DNA of 64,000 nucleotides from an uncultured virus (IMG/VR IMGVR_UViG_3300025603_000010) (Duplodnaviria; Heunggongvirae; Uroviricota; Caudoviricetes). This document shows, one piece after another, positions 46,109 through 57,160 of the stretch (position 1 is the first letter of the stretch; each line of letters opens with the position of its first letter). The DNA is taken from the IMG/VR virus record IMGVR_UViG_3300025603_000010; one strand, 5' to 3'. The position numbers were made by a program, and so were the translations under genes. Under the pieces are notes generated by a model, which made no database searches, was not told the origin of the DNA, and saw only the letters and a program-made list of their open reading frames with translations.

Positions 46109-48574
46109 TTATGCACCAGCACCATACAATGTTTTCAAGGTGCCCCCGGCGGCATTTTTAATCAATAGGGTGGAAACTGATTTCAGTTCTGCTGCGCCAA
46201 TCGCATCATTTGCTATTTTTGCTTCTGTTATTGAATCGTCTGCATAATGTTCTGTATCAATACTTCCATCGGTATAGTGTTCACTATCCACGGCGTTGTC
46301 AGCAAGTTTGGTGCCATCAATAATACCACCAGCAAGATGCGCTCTATCGATAGAACCATCCACATAAGAGTCACTATCAATGGAGTTTGCAGACATATGT
46401 TCTGCATCAATACTACCAGCAGCATAATGTTCAGAGTTAATTACATTATCACCAATCTTTGCAGCGGTAACAGAGTCAGCACCTAAAGCAGCAGCATCAA
46501 CAGAACCCGCAGCATAATGTGCTGTATCAATACTACCGTCTATATATTGATCACTGTCTATGGAGTTTGCTGGCATAACTGGTATCTGACTAAAGGTTAC
46601 AACACCATTAGCAGCAATTGCAATTGCATCTGCATCGCCAGCAGAACCAATGTTTGCTGCATTTGGAATAACGATGCTACCACCAGAAGTATGAACTGTC
46701 CCCGTTTCATCCGGCAACGTGATAGTCCGGTCAGCAGTTGGGTCTGTAATTGTCAGTGTAGTTTCGGAATCGTCAGCAGTTGCACCCTCAAAGACAATGG
46801 CGTTTGTAGCATTCATTGTAATAGTATCAACCTGTATAGTTGTACCACTTACTGTTAGGTTGCCACTGATTTCAACATTCGCATTTATATCAACTAATGT
46901 TGCGTTGAGTTCTATTTCGTCTGTCGCATTAATATCCAGAATAGCATTACTGGGTGCGCCAATGTTTTGTGATGCATCATTGAATTGAATTACGTTTGTA
47001 CTATTCAGTAAGATACCTGTATCATGAACATGAGTCAGTGTTACCTCATCGTTGGCACCAAAGGAAAGTATCGCACCGTCATGTTGAAGTTCTAGGTCTT
47101 GAGTTAATGTAATGTCACCATCAGAGCCAATAGCAATGGCATCTACATCTGTAGCTGAACCAATTGTACCAGCATCAGGAAGAACAATATTACCACCCGT
47201 GGTCATTGTTCCAGCACCAGTGTATGTCCCACTTGCGTTTATGTTCGCATTAACATCTAACAGAGTTGCATTCAGTTCTATTTCATCGGTAGCATTAATA
47301 TCCAGAATAGCATTACTGGGTGCATTGATAAACTGACTTGCATCGTTGAACTGGATTGCCATCGTACTATTCAACAGGATACCAGTATCATGAACGTGTG
47401 TTAGGGTAACCTCATTGTTATCACCAAAACCAAGTACAGCCCCGTCAGCCAAGAACAAATCACTAAACTGTAATGAGGTTGTTCCTAATGCAGCACCATC
47501 TTGTGCGTCTGGAACAAAAGCAGTTGTTGCTGTTATGGTAGTACCTTGGATTGTGCTTGCACCAACAACTGTACCGGAAACATCAAGGTTACCAACCACA
47601 TCAATCAATGTTGCAGTAAGTTCAATCTCATCTGTGGCAGCAATGTCCAGAACGGTAGAACTTGCTCCTTGAATGAATTGTGATGCATCATTGAACATGA
47701 GTTTATTGGTACTGTTTAACGTAAGACCTGCACCGTCTGTGTGTGTTAATGTTGTATCGTTATCATCACCAAAACCAATTACAGCACTATCTGCCAAGAA
47801 CAAATCTGAAAACTGTAATGAGGTTGTACCCAGTGCAGCACCATCTTGTGCGTCTGGAACAAAAGCAGTTGTTGCTGTTATGGTAGTACCTTGGATTGTG
47901 CTCGCACCAACAACTGTACCAGAAATAGTAAAGTTACCCACTACATCAATCAGTGTTGCAGTAAGTTCTATCTCATCTGTGGCAGCAATGTCAAGGATTG
48001 TTGCACTTGCTCCTTGAATGAATTGTGATGCATCATTGAACATAAGTTTATTGGTTGAGTTAAGTGTCAGACCTGCACCGTCTGTGTGTGTTAATGTTGT
48101 ATCTTGGTCATTACCAAAGTTTATTACCGAACCATCACCAAGGAAAAGGTCTGACCATTCTAGTGATGCAGAACCAATCGCATTTGCGTTAGCAGAAGAG
48201 GGGATCAGTGCGGGGAGACTCGACAACGCTGTGTCAATACTCATCTTCTTGAGAGTGCCCCCGTCATTGATTAGGAAATGGTCTAGGTCAGCAAATGTTG
48301 TTGTGGTTGCACCAGCATCAGCATTACCTGTTGTAACAACTGTGCCCGTTGCATCTGGGAGTGTGATTGTTCTATCAGCAGTAGGATCAACAGCTGTAAG
48401 TGTGGTTTCATTTGCATCATCAGTTGCACCCTCAAAAACAATTTGAGCAGACGCAGCTGCGACGAGAGATTCCAATGTTACAGATGTAACATCGCTCCTA
48501 AGAGCATTGAATTCTTTAATCAGTTCTTCTAGAGTTTTTTCTAGTGATAATTGATTTGCTGATACTAGTGCCAT
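46109..48574 (-). CDS. Tail fibre-like protein with internal repeats
   Basis: FEGATxDxxETTL..DPTADRTITLPD twice; ~115-aa repeats; C-terminal decapeptide repeats. Confidence 0.8.
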   Translation of the reverse strand: MALVSANQLSLEKTLEELIKEFNALRSDVTSVTLESLVAAASAQIVFEGATDDANETTLTAVDPTADRTITLPDATGTVVTTGNADAGATTTTFADLDHFLINDGGTLKKMSIDTALSSLPALIPSSANANAIGSASLEWSDLFLGDGSVINFGNDQDTTLTHTDGAGLTLNSTNKLMFNDASQFIQGASATILDIAATDEIELTATLIDVVGNFTISGTVVGASTIQGTTITATTAFVPDAQDGAALGTTSLQFSDLFLADSAVIGFGDDNDTTLTHTDGAGLTLNSTNKLMFNDASQFIQGASSTVLDIAATDEIELTATLIDVVGNLDVSGTVVGASTIQGTTITATTAFVPDAQDGAALGTTSLQFSDLFLADGAVLGFGDNNEVTLTHVHDTGILLNSTMAIQFNDASQFINAPSNAILDINATDEIELNATLLDVNANINASGTYTGAGTMTTGGNIVLPDAGTIGSATDVDAIAIGSDGDITLTQDLELQHDGAILSFGANDEVTLTHVHDTGILLNSTNVIQFNDASQNIGAPSNAILDINATDEIELNATLVDINANVEISGNLTVSGTTIQVDTITMNATNAIVFEGATADDSETTLTITDPTADRTITLPDETGTVHTSGGSIVIPNAANIGSAGDADAIAIAANGVVTFSQIPVMPANSIDSDQYIDGSIDTAHYAAGSVDAAALGADSVTAAKIGDNVINSEHYAAGSIDAEHMSANSIDSDSYVDGSIDRAHLAGGIIDGTKLADNAVDSEHYTDGSIDTEHYADDSITEAKIANDAIGAAELKSVSTLLIKNAAGGTLKTLYGAGA

Positions 48575-48575
48575 T

Positions 48576-48806
48576 TTAGTTCTCTTTCACTAATTGTTGT
48601 AACAGGGATTTAATTTCGTGCATCTCAGATTTTAAAATATTAATTTCTCTGGTTGTTTCACGCACCTCATCCCTCTGTATTTGTGCTTCCCCCGCACGTT
48701 TTTTTGCAACCTCATATGCGTTCACATTGTTATTTATAATACCATGACTACCATTAGAAGACTTAACATAATTATCTTCATTCTCTATTTTAAAATATTC
48801 TGACAT
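48576..48806 (-). CDS. Small coiled-coil protein
   Basis: GIINNN...EINILKSEMHEIKSLL. Confidence 0.65.
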   Translation of the reverse strand: MSEYFKIENEDNYVKSSNGSHGIINNNVNAYEVAKKRAGEAQIQRDEVRETTREINILKSEMHEIKSLLQQLVKEN

Positions 48807-48807
48807 C

Positions 48808-51315
48808 TTATGTTGCAAGAGCCAAAACACGAAGATTTTTAAGCAGTGGTGGTGTTGATTGATTTGTTGTTCTCATAACAATTTTAATTTGAAATGCAAT
48901 AAATTCTTCCAATGGAGAACCAATGCCATCATCTGTTACACCAGCAGTGTATTCATGTTCAAGATATTCACCCCTTCTTTCAGAAGGACGGGTTGTAACA
49001 TCTGGTCCGCCAGACCCAGTAACAGTTCCATCATCATTAAAGAATTTGAAACTCATCTCATCAAAATCAAATGCATTATCAACTCGTAAAGTTTTATACA
49101 ATAATTTAATACTTGAATCAGATTGTCGCACAGCATCCAAAAGAACTCGCAAAGAAGTTGCGGGAGTTTCTAAATTAATTTTCTTAGTAAGATAGATTGC
49201 AGAATGATTATCCCCCTCTGGTTCCGTCATTGCTCTGTATATGGATGTTGGATACACATCAGATGAAGAATCAATCTTATTGATTTGATTTGATACGGCA
49301 ATCATAGATAACCTTTGCGTATCAATTACAGGAGATAGCGCATCTAAATCTGAACTCAAAGTCAACGGAATAGTAAGAGATTTATCACCAGACATTTCAT
49401 TTGTTTCGTTAATACCGGACGCAACCAAATTAGTTTCTGTCCAATAATAGTTGTCTTGAAGAGGAAGAGCCCTACTGGTTGTTGATTTTGTAAATGAAGT
49501 TTCAGAACCGCTTGGGCTTGTTCCTGTTGTTGCTAAGAACCCAGCATCAATTTTAGTTCTTGCAAGAATCAAAAGACCCATGTTAGTTGTAGAAACATCA
49601 TACTGAGCATTTTCTGTTGCAGTAACAACACTACCGCCCATTGTTGAAGTACTACCAGCACCATCAACAACTGGTGTAGTTGCAGTTACAATAGTATAAC
49701 TATCCTGTTGAATATTAGCAATTGTAGTGTGTGTTTTATTAATGTCGGAGAGTGGAACTTTATGTATTTGATATAGTTCCACAGTCGCACCATTCGCATG
49801 AGATACTGCCGTTGTACTATTCGCACCCCGTGTCGCACTAGTGATACCCGTTCCAGAAATAGTGGTATAACTAATAATCTCATCATCGATTTTAATATAG
49901 TATATATTAGATGCGTCTCTAGAATACTTACCACTAGTGTCATCAAAGTTTGTTCCACTCGTAAGAGTAATAGATGTTGCGGTGCCAGAAATAGCACCAG
50001 CAAGTGTCGTTGTTGCACCAGACTTAACCCCAGCAATGGTGACGTTATTAGCAGTAGAATACATACCATGTCCATCATGGTTAATTTTTAGAACTGTACT
50101 ATTATCAAGCATCTCTAAAGGATTAACTTTAAGAGTTTTTGCAGGAAGTGTTTGATTTTGTAATGTAACCAAACCAGCAGCAGTTGTGTCAAACTTAGCT
50201 CGTTTCAGGGAGAACTTCATATCCTGTGTGGGGGAAGGAACCCATGAATTATTATTTGAACTCTTAAAAAGAACACCAACATGAGGTTGGTCTGTAATTT
50301 CATTACCAGCAGTATCCTGTGTTCCAAGATCAGAAATCCATACTTTATAATCTGGAGTATTAGTTAATAGACAGATTGAATATTCTGTTCCACCCTGCAC
50401 ATATACGGGAGAATCAAAGGTAAATGTTGTAACAGTATTTCCATCTGTAGATGTTGTAATTTCTGAAGACTGTAATGTTTTTCTACCAAACGGTAAAATC
50501 TTAGGTCCGGGGGCACCATTAACTACATTACGAACTTCCATTGTTACAGGATAATTATCATCTTTTTCAAAGAAAAATATATCGCAAGAAGTTAGAAATG
50601 CGCCAGTAATTCCATCAGCGCTATCTGTATCCAAAACAATAAAGGTCTGCGCTAATGGATCACCGCCGTCGCCGTCGCCGCCGTCGCCGTCGCCGCCATC
50701 ATCTCCGCCGGACGCTGGTATAACAGCACCTAAAATAAGTCCACTATTTTCTGTTAAACTTGTTGTTCTTACAATCGCATTTCTAGTAGATATAATGGTT
50801 TCCTGTTGCGTGTCCAATATACCTTTTGCAGAATAAACTGCCTCTGCAAAAGTCTCCCTTGCAACAATTTCACTTGCGCCGTCACCCACTTGGGCATTAT
50901 TTGGGTCTGATGTTAATACAAACTCAATATCGCCAGTTGCAAACTGGGGGTTGCCAGAAATTCTTGGGTTGGGAATGGTAAAGGTTCCTTCACAGTTACC
51001 AACACCATCACTAATCAAGGTACTACCGGCGACAGGAGATACAACATCAGAGAAGTTTGAAAATGCAGTGCCAACTCCACCAGATGCAGCTGGCGTGACA
51101 TATGCATTAACCACTTTCTTATCAAAATACACATGCAATTTTGTGAAAGGTTTCAAGCTTTTTGCAGTAAAAGTAATTGTTTTTGAACGAGCATATGGGA
51201 TGAGAGTTTTAGCAATAGACCTAAACCCATTACTTGTAAGCTCAATATCTTCAAATACCTCTGTTAACACACCAGTTCTAGACTGTTGAGTTGCATTAAA
51301 ATTTCTAAGTGTCAT
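48808..51315 (-). CDS. Large virion protein, C-terminal part (DUF4815-like)
   Basis: IPYARS, DPLAQTF, GVLFKSSN..W...QDMKF, LRVLALAT. Confidence 0.75.
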   Translation of the reverse strand: MTLRNFNATQQSRTGVLTEVFEDIELTSNGFRSIAKTLIPYARSKTITFTAKSLKPFTKLHVYFDKKVVNAYVTPAASGGVGTAFSNFSDVVSPVAGSTLISDGVGNCEGTFTIPNPRISGNPQFATGDIEFVLTSDPNNAQVGDGASEIVARETFAEAVYSAKGILDTQQETIISTRNAIVRTTSLTENSGLILGAVIPASGGDDGGDGDGGDGDGGDPLAQTFIVLDTDSADGITGAFLTSCDIFFFEKDDNYPVTMEVRNVVNGAPGPKILPFGRKTLQSSEITTSTDGNTVTTFTFDSPVYVQGGTEYSICLLTNTPDYKVWISDLGTQDTAGNEITDQPHVGVLFKSSNNNSWVPSPTQDMKFSLKRAKFDTTAAGLVTLQNQTLPAKTLKVNPLEMLDNSTVLKINHDGHGMYSTANNVTIAGVKSGATTTLAGAISGTATSITLTSGTNFDDTSGKYSRDASNIYYIKIDDEIISYTTISGTGITSATRGANSTTAVSHANGATVELYQIHKVPLSDINKTHTTIANIQQDSYTIVTATTPVVDGAGSTSTMGGSVVTATENAQYDVSTTNMGLLILARTKIDAGFLATTGTSPSGSETSFTKSTTSRALPLQDNYYWTETNLVASGINETNEMSGDKSLTIPLTLSSDLDALSPVIDTQRLSMIAVSNQINKIDSSSDVYPTSIYRAMTEPEGDNHSAIYLTKKINLETPATSLRVLLDAVRQSDSSIKLLYKTLRVDNAFDFDEMSFKFFNDDGTVTGSGGPDVTTRPSERRGEYLEHEYTAGVTDDGIGSPLEEFIAFQIKIVMRTTNQSTPPLLKNLRVLALAT

Positions 51316-51360
51316 CTGGCATATCTCCGTTTGTATTTCTATTCATATTTATTACGATAA

Positions 51361-54300
51361 TTATTGTGTGCCGAAATCAAAACCCAAATCCGCTTCAACA
51401 CCATCATCTCTCACCACAACACCAGCCCAAGTTGTTTGCCAAGAGTTCCAAACAGTACCCATATTATTACCAATAGCAGCAACAACTGCATCATAGTTGC
51501 CCTCACGATTAATAATTAACTGGGGAGCAATTTCTGTTTCCATCCAGTTATCCTGAGTTGGGTCTATGGTCAATACACCTTTCCATGTTGCAGTCAAAAA
51601 TGGTGCAACACGTTCAACTGTACTAGCAAATGGTTGTTCTGTTAGAACAACCTCTGTGTATGGAAGAGTGATAAGATCACCTGTCTTCTGATAACCAGCA
51701 GAAGTTCTTGCCGCATCAGTAGTTGCATTTTCTTCCAAATCAATGGATTTAGTGACATGAATTGGTCGCAAAATTCCACTCGAAAAGTCCATAGAGTTTC
51801 TATAATCTTTATGGTATGCATCACCAACTCTATGTCCTTGAAAATTATCAACAACAATTCCTGACTTAAATCTATTCAATCCATTGGCATCCAACACCTC
51901 AAAGTCCAAAGCATTTCTTTCCAATAGATTTAGAGTTGTCATTTTTTCAACATTAGCAAGACGGTTATTGAGCTTACCAATATCTTTCATGGTAAATCTT
52001 TGATTTCTTGTTCTGATAATTGTAACATCTTCTGGTCTAAAGGTAAATGGTGGTATTCTAAGGTCAGCAAGTTTCATAGAATCCAGTGGGATATCAGGTT
52101 TAACGGGGAAATCCGCTGATGCTCCATCAATAACACTAATAATTCCCCTATCATCAATCACAATCGATGCTCTTTTACCAAGATAATACTCAAGGTCTGC
52201 TTGAATAGTAGAGCCGGGTTTGCAAAAATCGGAGACTGATGCACCAGTACCATCATACTGTCTAGAGTAGAAGTCAAAAGAGTTTCCCGTAATTTCGTCA
52301 ATAGTTGTTAGTGTAGTTGAGGCACCAGCAATATCTCCAACCCTTGATCTAAAATCATAACTATCTCTTAATGGAAATTGTCCTGCTGGTGATGGGCTGT
52401 CAGGATCAACCTTAGTTGCGGTATATGTTGGAATGTCTTCATAATCCATTTGATTAGCAATATCAACATAAGAGTCAACTGTGAACATATCTCCTGTACC
52501 ATGTTCCAGATAATCATATATGACAAGTAACCTTCCTGTGGGTGCAGGAGAAGATGGTTTTTTAACAATTCGTGAAATGTCATAGAAGTTATCACGTTGT
52601 CCATCATCAAACAAATATTTGGTTGTGATGTTTACACTCCCATCCGTAAGAGTTCCAATAGTAGCAGATGCACCAGAACTTTCACCAGTGATTACTTCGG
52701 CTGATACAAAGGTAAGTGAAGTAGACAAAACATAACTCATGGGAGATGTAATATCAACAATTCTTGCAGTTGCACGGCTTGTTCCACCAGTAATTTTTTC
52801 ACCTCTGGTAAATGTTCCTGCCTGATTAGTTAGAACAAAATCTGGAGCAACTGCATCTATACTTGCACCCCCAGAGTCAAACACTGCAACAAGATTAAAT
52901 GCATCAGCACGACCAAGAGAAATATTATTATCAGTAGGGCGGGTTCCATAAGCATCTGTTGTTCCAGCAACTACTTTCAATTGCTTCATCAAATTAACAG
53001 TTTTACTTTTTTGAATAACAGAAGTTTTAAGAATTGTTGCAACAATTTTTACTTTCGCTGCACTTCCTAATATGGTTGTATCTGTAATAGTAATAGATGA
53101 TGATCCTGCACCGCCAATTTTATCAGAAAGACTAACAAGGTCGCCTTGGGCTCCCGTTCCACCACCAGCGGTTAGAATAGATAGTGTATAGTCTGCTTCA
53201 CTGTGTGAGGAAAATGTTTCATTCGTACCAGCAGTAAAGGTAACAATACCTGAAGAGTCTGTAGTTCCAACAAACTGTCTACGAATTGTATATTGCGTAT
53301 CACTGGCACCAGCATTTGTTGCGGTTAGGAGTGTTTTAACTATTCGTTTTGGTAGTTTAAATATAGATCGATTTTTCTCTGTATCTTTTAGTTTTGCTGA
53401 TGTACTATTAAACCCCTCTTGAATAACATTACCAGAACCCGTACCATCCTCCTGTTGGATAGATGATGTTGCATCATCTTCAAGAGAAATATCAGCAAAG
53501 ATGTTTGTTAGAGTTTCAATCTCAAAATCAGCAGTAAAGTCTTGGCCACTATCTGCATCATCCATAAAGACCTGTCTAAAATCAGCAACATTATAACTTT
53601 TGACTGATACAAGTGTAATGTCTGCATTACTACTATTTTCAATAGTACCACCATCACCCTCAGATGAATCTGATGCTTGAAGTTCTTCTCCTGCTCTAAA
53701 TACACCAACCACAGAAGTTAGATTTACTGTGGTTGCAGAAGTTCCAGATGCATAAACCAAACCCGTGGCACCCGAAGTTACGCCGGTTACCAATACACCA
53801 CCGTTTGAATGTGAAGCAAGAAGTGTTGGAGATGGAGTGCCGCTCAAAGTCAGTTTTGTAAATGGTCGGATATCAAATAGAAATAATTTGTAAACAGAAA
53901 GGTTCGCCGCAGCACTTGATCCAGCAACACCAGAGTGGAATTCAATTCCTCTAGATCGTCCAACACCGATTAAATTACCGTTTGTAGAACCTCTAACCGT
54001 ATTTTTTGCATCATAAAATTGAACAGTCTTGAATGCAGTAGATTCACCAGTTACCGCTGTAATGTCTGGGGTGCCATATACATTTGAGACAAGCGCATAG
54101 TTGCCCATATCAAAGGTTGAGATACCCGCATTAACAGTATTAAAATCTCTTGCTTTAGAAACATCTTTAATTGTAGATTGAGTCTTCTCAATTTCAAACC
54201 CTCTGACGTATGCCTTTCCCGGCGATACAGAGATAGCTATAAAATCACTACTAGCAATGTTACCATCATCAGTCGGGGCCCCCGCAATATATTTACCAAG

Positions 54301-55341
54301 TAAGTTATCTCGACCCACACTAACATCTACTGATTCACTTGCAAGAAATTCAAATGGACGAACAGTATAATTTCCAGATTCATCATTAGTCCGCCTTGCC
54401 ATTTCATCTGCAAGTTGAGCATAAGGTGTTGTCCGCCCGATTGAACTTGACTTACCATTTTTAACATCAACAAGAGCGATAAAATTAGTTGTATTCGTTG
54501 AAGTTGTAATAGAAGATAATGCAACATAAATACTCAGTCTATGTGCGCCCTTCGCAGCATAGTTACTAGACCCTGTAGAATTATCCAATAGAGCTGATGC
54601 ACTCTCTGGTGTAATAATAGTTTCGTTTACTGTAAATCCAACTGTACCTGTATAATCTTCATCATAGTTATTGATAATAAGTGTTTCTGATACATTATTA
54701 ACAAAGAAACCACGAATGTAGTATATACCAGACTCGATAGCAAATGCAAGACCTGTTCTTGATGCTGGACCTGTTGCACTTGCAAGTTGTGTTGCACTTG
54801 ACCCCGCAGCAGCACTATATACAGAAGTGTATGTTGTAACAGCTGCAACACCCGTCCCGTATGACTGAGTTGAATGTGTGATCGCCGTGTTTGCAGTAAT
54901 GTTCTCACCATCTGCAAAAATAGTGGTCGTGAAGTCACTACCAGCACGTTCATAAGAAACATAAAGGAGTGGTTGGTCTGTCGTCGTTGCGGCCTTGAAA
55001 CCAATAACCTTTGCAGTAACGCCTGTTGTTGCACCAGTAATAGTTGTAGGACTATCTACATTATAATACTGTGATGGGTCAACCTGTTCACCATTAAATG
55101 TGCTTGCAAGTTTCAGGGAGTGATATCGTTGAGTTTTTCCTTGTCCGGGCACAACCATTGCCCCTTCACGGAAAATGTGACTACCGTGAGATTCAATCTG
55201 ATGTTGCAAAGCACTTTGTAGTTGCGTTAGTTCTCTCGCTTGAACTGCAAAACCCGGCCTAAAGAGAATTCTGTGATAATTATTCTCTGCATTAAAATCA
55301 TCAAAGTACGGTGCTGCATTAAGATTAGTTTTTTGTGCCAT
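51361..55341 (-). CDS. Large virion protein, N-terminal part (DUF4815-like)
   Basis: NLNAAPYFDDF..LFRPGFAVQARELTQLQ, GKAYVRGFE, NRFKSG.VVDNF. Confidence 0.8.
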   Translation of the reverse strand: MAQKTNLNAAPYFDDFNAENNYHRILFRPGFAVQARELTQLQSALQHQIESHGSHIFREGAMVVPGQGKTQRYHSLKLASTFNGEQVDPSQYYNVDSPTTITGATTGVTAKVIGFKAATTTDQPLLYVSYERAGSDFTTTIFADGENITANTAITHSTQSYGTGVAAVTTYTSVYSAAAGSSATQLASATGPASRTGLAFAIESGIYYIRGFFVNNVSETLIINNYDEDYTGTVGFTVNETIITPESASALLDNSTGSSNYAAKGAHRLSIYVALSSITTSTNTTNFIALVDVKNGKSSSIGRTTPYAQLADEMARRTNDESGNYTVRPFEFLASESVDVSVGRDNLLGKYIAGAPTDDGNIASSDFIAISVSPGKAYVRGFEIEKTQSTIKDVSKARDFNTVNAGISTFDMGNYALVSNVYGTPDITAVTGESTAFKTVQFYDAKNTVRGSTNGNLIGVGRSRGIEFHSGVAGSSAAANLSVYKLFLFDIRPFTKLTLSGTPSPTLLASHSNGGVLVTGVTSGATGLVYASGTSATTVNLTSVVGVFRAGEELQASDSSEGDGGTIENSSNADITLVSVKSYNVADFRQVFMDDADSGQDFTADFEIETLTNIFADISLEDDATSSIQQEDGTGSGNVIQEGFNSTSAKLKDTEKNRSIFKLPKRIVKTLLTATNAGASDTQYTIRRQFVGTTDSSGIVTFTAGTNETFSSHSEADYTLSILTAGGGTGAQGDLVSLSDKIGGAGSSSITITDTTILGSAAKVKIVATILKTSVIQKSKTVNLMKQLKVVAGTTDAYGTRPTDNNISLGRADAFNLVAVFDSGGASIDAVAPDFVLTNQAGTFTRGEKITGGTSRATARIVDITSPMSYVLSTSLTFVSAEVITGESSGASATIGTLTDGSVNITTKYLFDDGQRDNFYDISRIVKKPSSPAPTGRLLVIYDYLEHGTGDMFTVDSYVDIANQMDYEDIPTYTATKVDPDSPSPAGQFPLRDSYDFRSRVGDIAGASTTLTTIDEITGNSFDFYSRQYDGTGASVSDFCKPGSTIQADLEYYLGKRASIVIDDRGIISVIDGASADFPVKPDIPLDSMKLADLRIPPFTFRPEDVTIIRTRNQRFTMKDIGKLNNRLANVEKMTTLNLLERNALDFEVLDANGLNRFKSGIVVDNFQGHRVGDAYHKDYRNSMDFSSGILRPIHVTKSIDLEENATTDAARTSAGYQKTGDLITLPYTEVVLTEQPFASTVERVAPFLTATWKGVLTIDPTQDNWMETEIAPQLIINREGNYDAVVAAIGNNMGTVWNSWQTTWAGVVVRDDGVEADLGFDFGTQ

Positions 55342-55342
55342 A

Positions 55343-56848
55343 TTAGAATTCCACTACAATTTTGATGTCTTCCGTTTGGTCAGTAGCACGGGAGATAGGT
55401 GATCTGTTTTCTGTATAGATAATGTTACCGCTGTCTGGTTGCAGTTCTGGATTAACATACCCATCAGAAAATGTGACAGTAAATCCGTTTGCAAGAGTGA
55501 CCGCTGCATCTGCGGTTGAGTCTGGTGTTCCAACTGCACTAGAGTCTGCACCTGTTACAGCATTTGCACCCGAAAATGCAACATAAGCACCAAGGGAATT
55601 TGTACCGTAATTTGTATATCTTTCCTGTTGATAATAAAGAATAGAGTTTCCACTATCCCACTCTACAACCCTACCAATGGCACCCGTTGAGGCTTGAGTA
55701 ATTTTCTCGTCATCAACAAATGTTCCACTAAGACCAGTAAGTTTTAGTGCATAGGTTTGACGAGCTGTCTGGTCAGATGCAACTGTTGATGTCCCAAAGG
55801 TTGTTGGGTCTGTGACAATTGCAATGTTACGGAAATCATTACCTGTGAGAAGGTCATCACGTTCTGCACCAATAAAGAGTGTGTTCAACATAACATAGTG
55901 ACCACCGAACTCTTGAACTGCATCAAAACCATGACCACCCTTTGGACTAATGAAAACACCAATTGCGCCACCACTACCATTATTAATATCACCAGTATCA
56001 ACAGCAGTTGTCAGTGCTGCATTTGCAAATACTGTTGCGTCAGTAAGGGTAACTGTTCCGTATGTGTACCCCGCACCAGCGGCATAAACGATAGTGTCCG
56101 TTCCAGAGGTCAGTCCAAAATCTTGAATACTACCACTAGAAACAATAAAGGAAATAACTGCACCAGAAGATGTTCCCGCTGATGTACCATCACCATTGAC
56201 CGCAACATAGTAAGTGCCATCTGTATAACTAGCACCACCTGTCACTGACAGTGATACAATCGCACCATCAGTTGCTGCAGCTGATACAACAGAGTCAGTA
56301 CTGACAGGCATAAAATCTGTTGTCAGAAACTTGGTCTGTTCTGATGCTGAAATTGTGTACATATATTTTAGGATATAACCGCCCTGTGCAAAAAGTGATG
56401 TGGATTCAGATGTAGGTTCAGAACCACTATACCCTACGTTTCCATTATTGTTCATAACTTTGTATACACGGTTATCAGATGTACGAAAGAAGAATGTGGA
56501 ATCCCAGAGATTAGTTGCACCAGATTGGGATAGGTTACTTGCACTAACATTATCCTGATATTTGTCGTAAACGAAACTATTCTCCCAATCTCTACGGGGG
56601 ATTGCAAAGGTAACATCACTCGCCGCAATATTTTTAGCAGCAATCGTTTGATCCCAAAGATAATATTCACTAGACACATCATCTGCGGGTGTGGGTGGAG
56701 ATGCATCTGTTCCCCCACTAGTTGATGATGTAAATGGTGTGGCCTTACCGATCATCATATAATATGCATTTGACGAGGCTTCTGAGAAGGACTCAAAAAA
56801 CTGTTCTGCATTATGCGCCCTAAATTTCTGTGTTATGATTGCTGTCAT
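55343..56848 (-). CDS. gp8: Baseplate wedge subunit
   Basis: IPRRDW, VYKVMNN, LKYMYTI, SG.IIY.ENRSPISR..DQTEDIKIVVEF. Confidence 0.88.
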   Translation of the reverse strand: MTAIITQKFRAHNAEQFFESFSEASSNAYYMMIGKATPFTSSTSGGTDASPPTPADDVSSEYYLWDQTIAAKNIAASDVTFAIPRRDWENSFVYDKYQDNVSASNLSQSGATNLWDSTFFFRTSDNRVYKVMNNNGNVGYSGSEPTSESTSLFAQGGYILKYMYTISASEQTKFLTTDFMPVSTDSVVSAAATDGAIVSLSVTGGASYTDGTYYVAVNGDGTSAGTSSGAVISFIVSSGSIQDFGLTSGTDTIVYAAGAGYTYGTVTLTDATVFANAALTTAVDTGDINNGSGGAIGVFISPKGGHGFDAVQEFGGHYVMLNTLFIGAERDDLLTGNDFRNIAIVTDPTTFGTSTVASDQTARQTYALKLTGLSGTFVDDEKITQASTGAIGRVVEWDSGNSILYYQQERYTNYGTNSLGAYVAFSGANAVTGADSSAVGTPDSTADAAVTLANGFTVTFSDGYVNPELQPDSGNIIYTENRSPISRATDQTEDIKIVVEF

Positions 56849-56921
56849 TTTTTGATTCCTCTAATCTGTATTAGTATTTATACGACATCACCAACTATGC
56901 CTTGGTTATTCTCAAACTAGT

Positions 56922-57149
56922 TTAATCTGGTATTCTTGTAAAATTATTAGCGTAGTTTTCCAATACATATACCTCAGAATTTATCATTGCAATATTATAT
57001 TCTTCCCCAGTATAAGTATTACCAAACTCTTCTTTAGCCATTTCAAGAGCTGAACTTAATGAAAGATAATATGAATGACCAATATATTTACTTTCTCTTT
57101 TACCAATTTCAATATATTTTGCTAATATGTAATCGTAAGGTTGAGCCAT
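56922..57149 (-). CDS. Small hypothetical protein
   Basis: 75-aa ORF with AAGGA RBS. Confidence 0.55.
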   Translation of the reverse strand: MAQPYDYILAKYIEIGKRESKYIGHSYYLSLSSALEMAKEEFGNTYTGEEYNIAMINSEVYVLENYANNFTRIPD

Positions 57150-57160
57150 TTATTTAATCC

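Noticed and set aside
56878..56916. Possible remnant gene tail FENNQGIVGDVV* ending in the gp8 late promoter
   Set aside because: No matching sequence in the window to tie it to, so it could be chance
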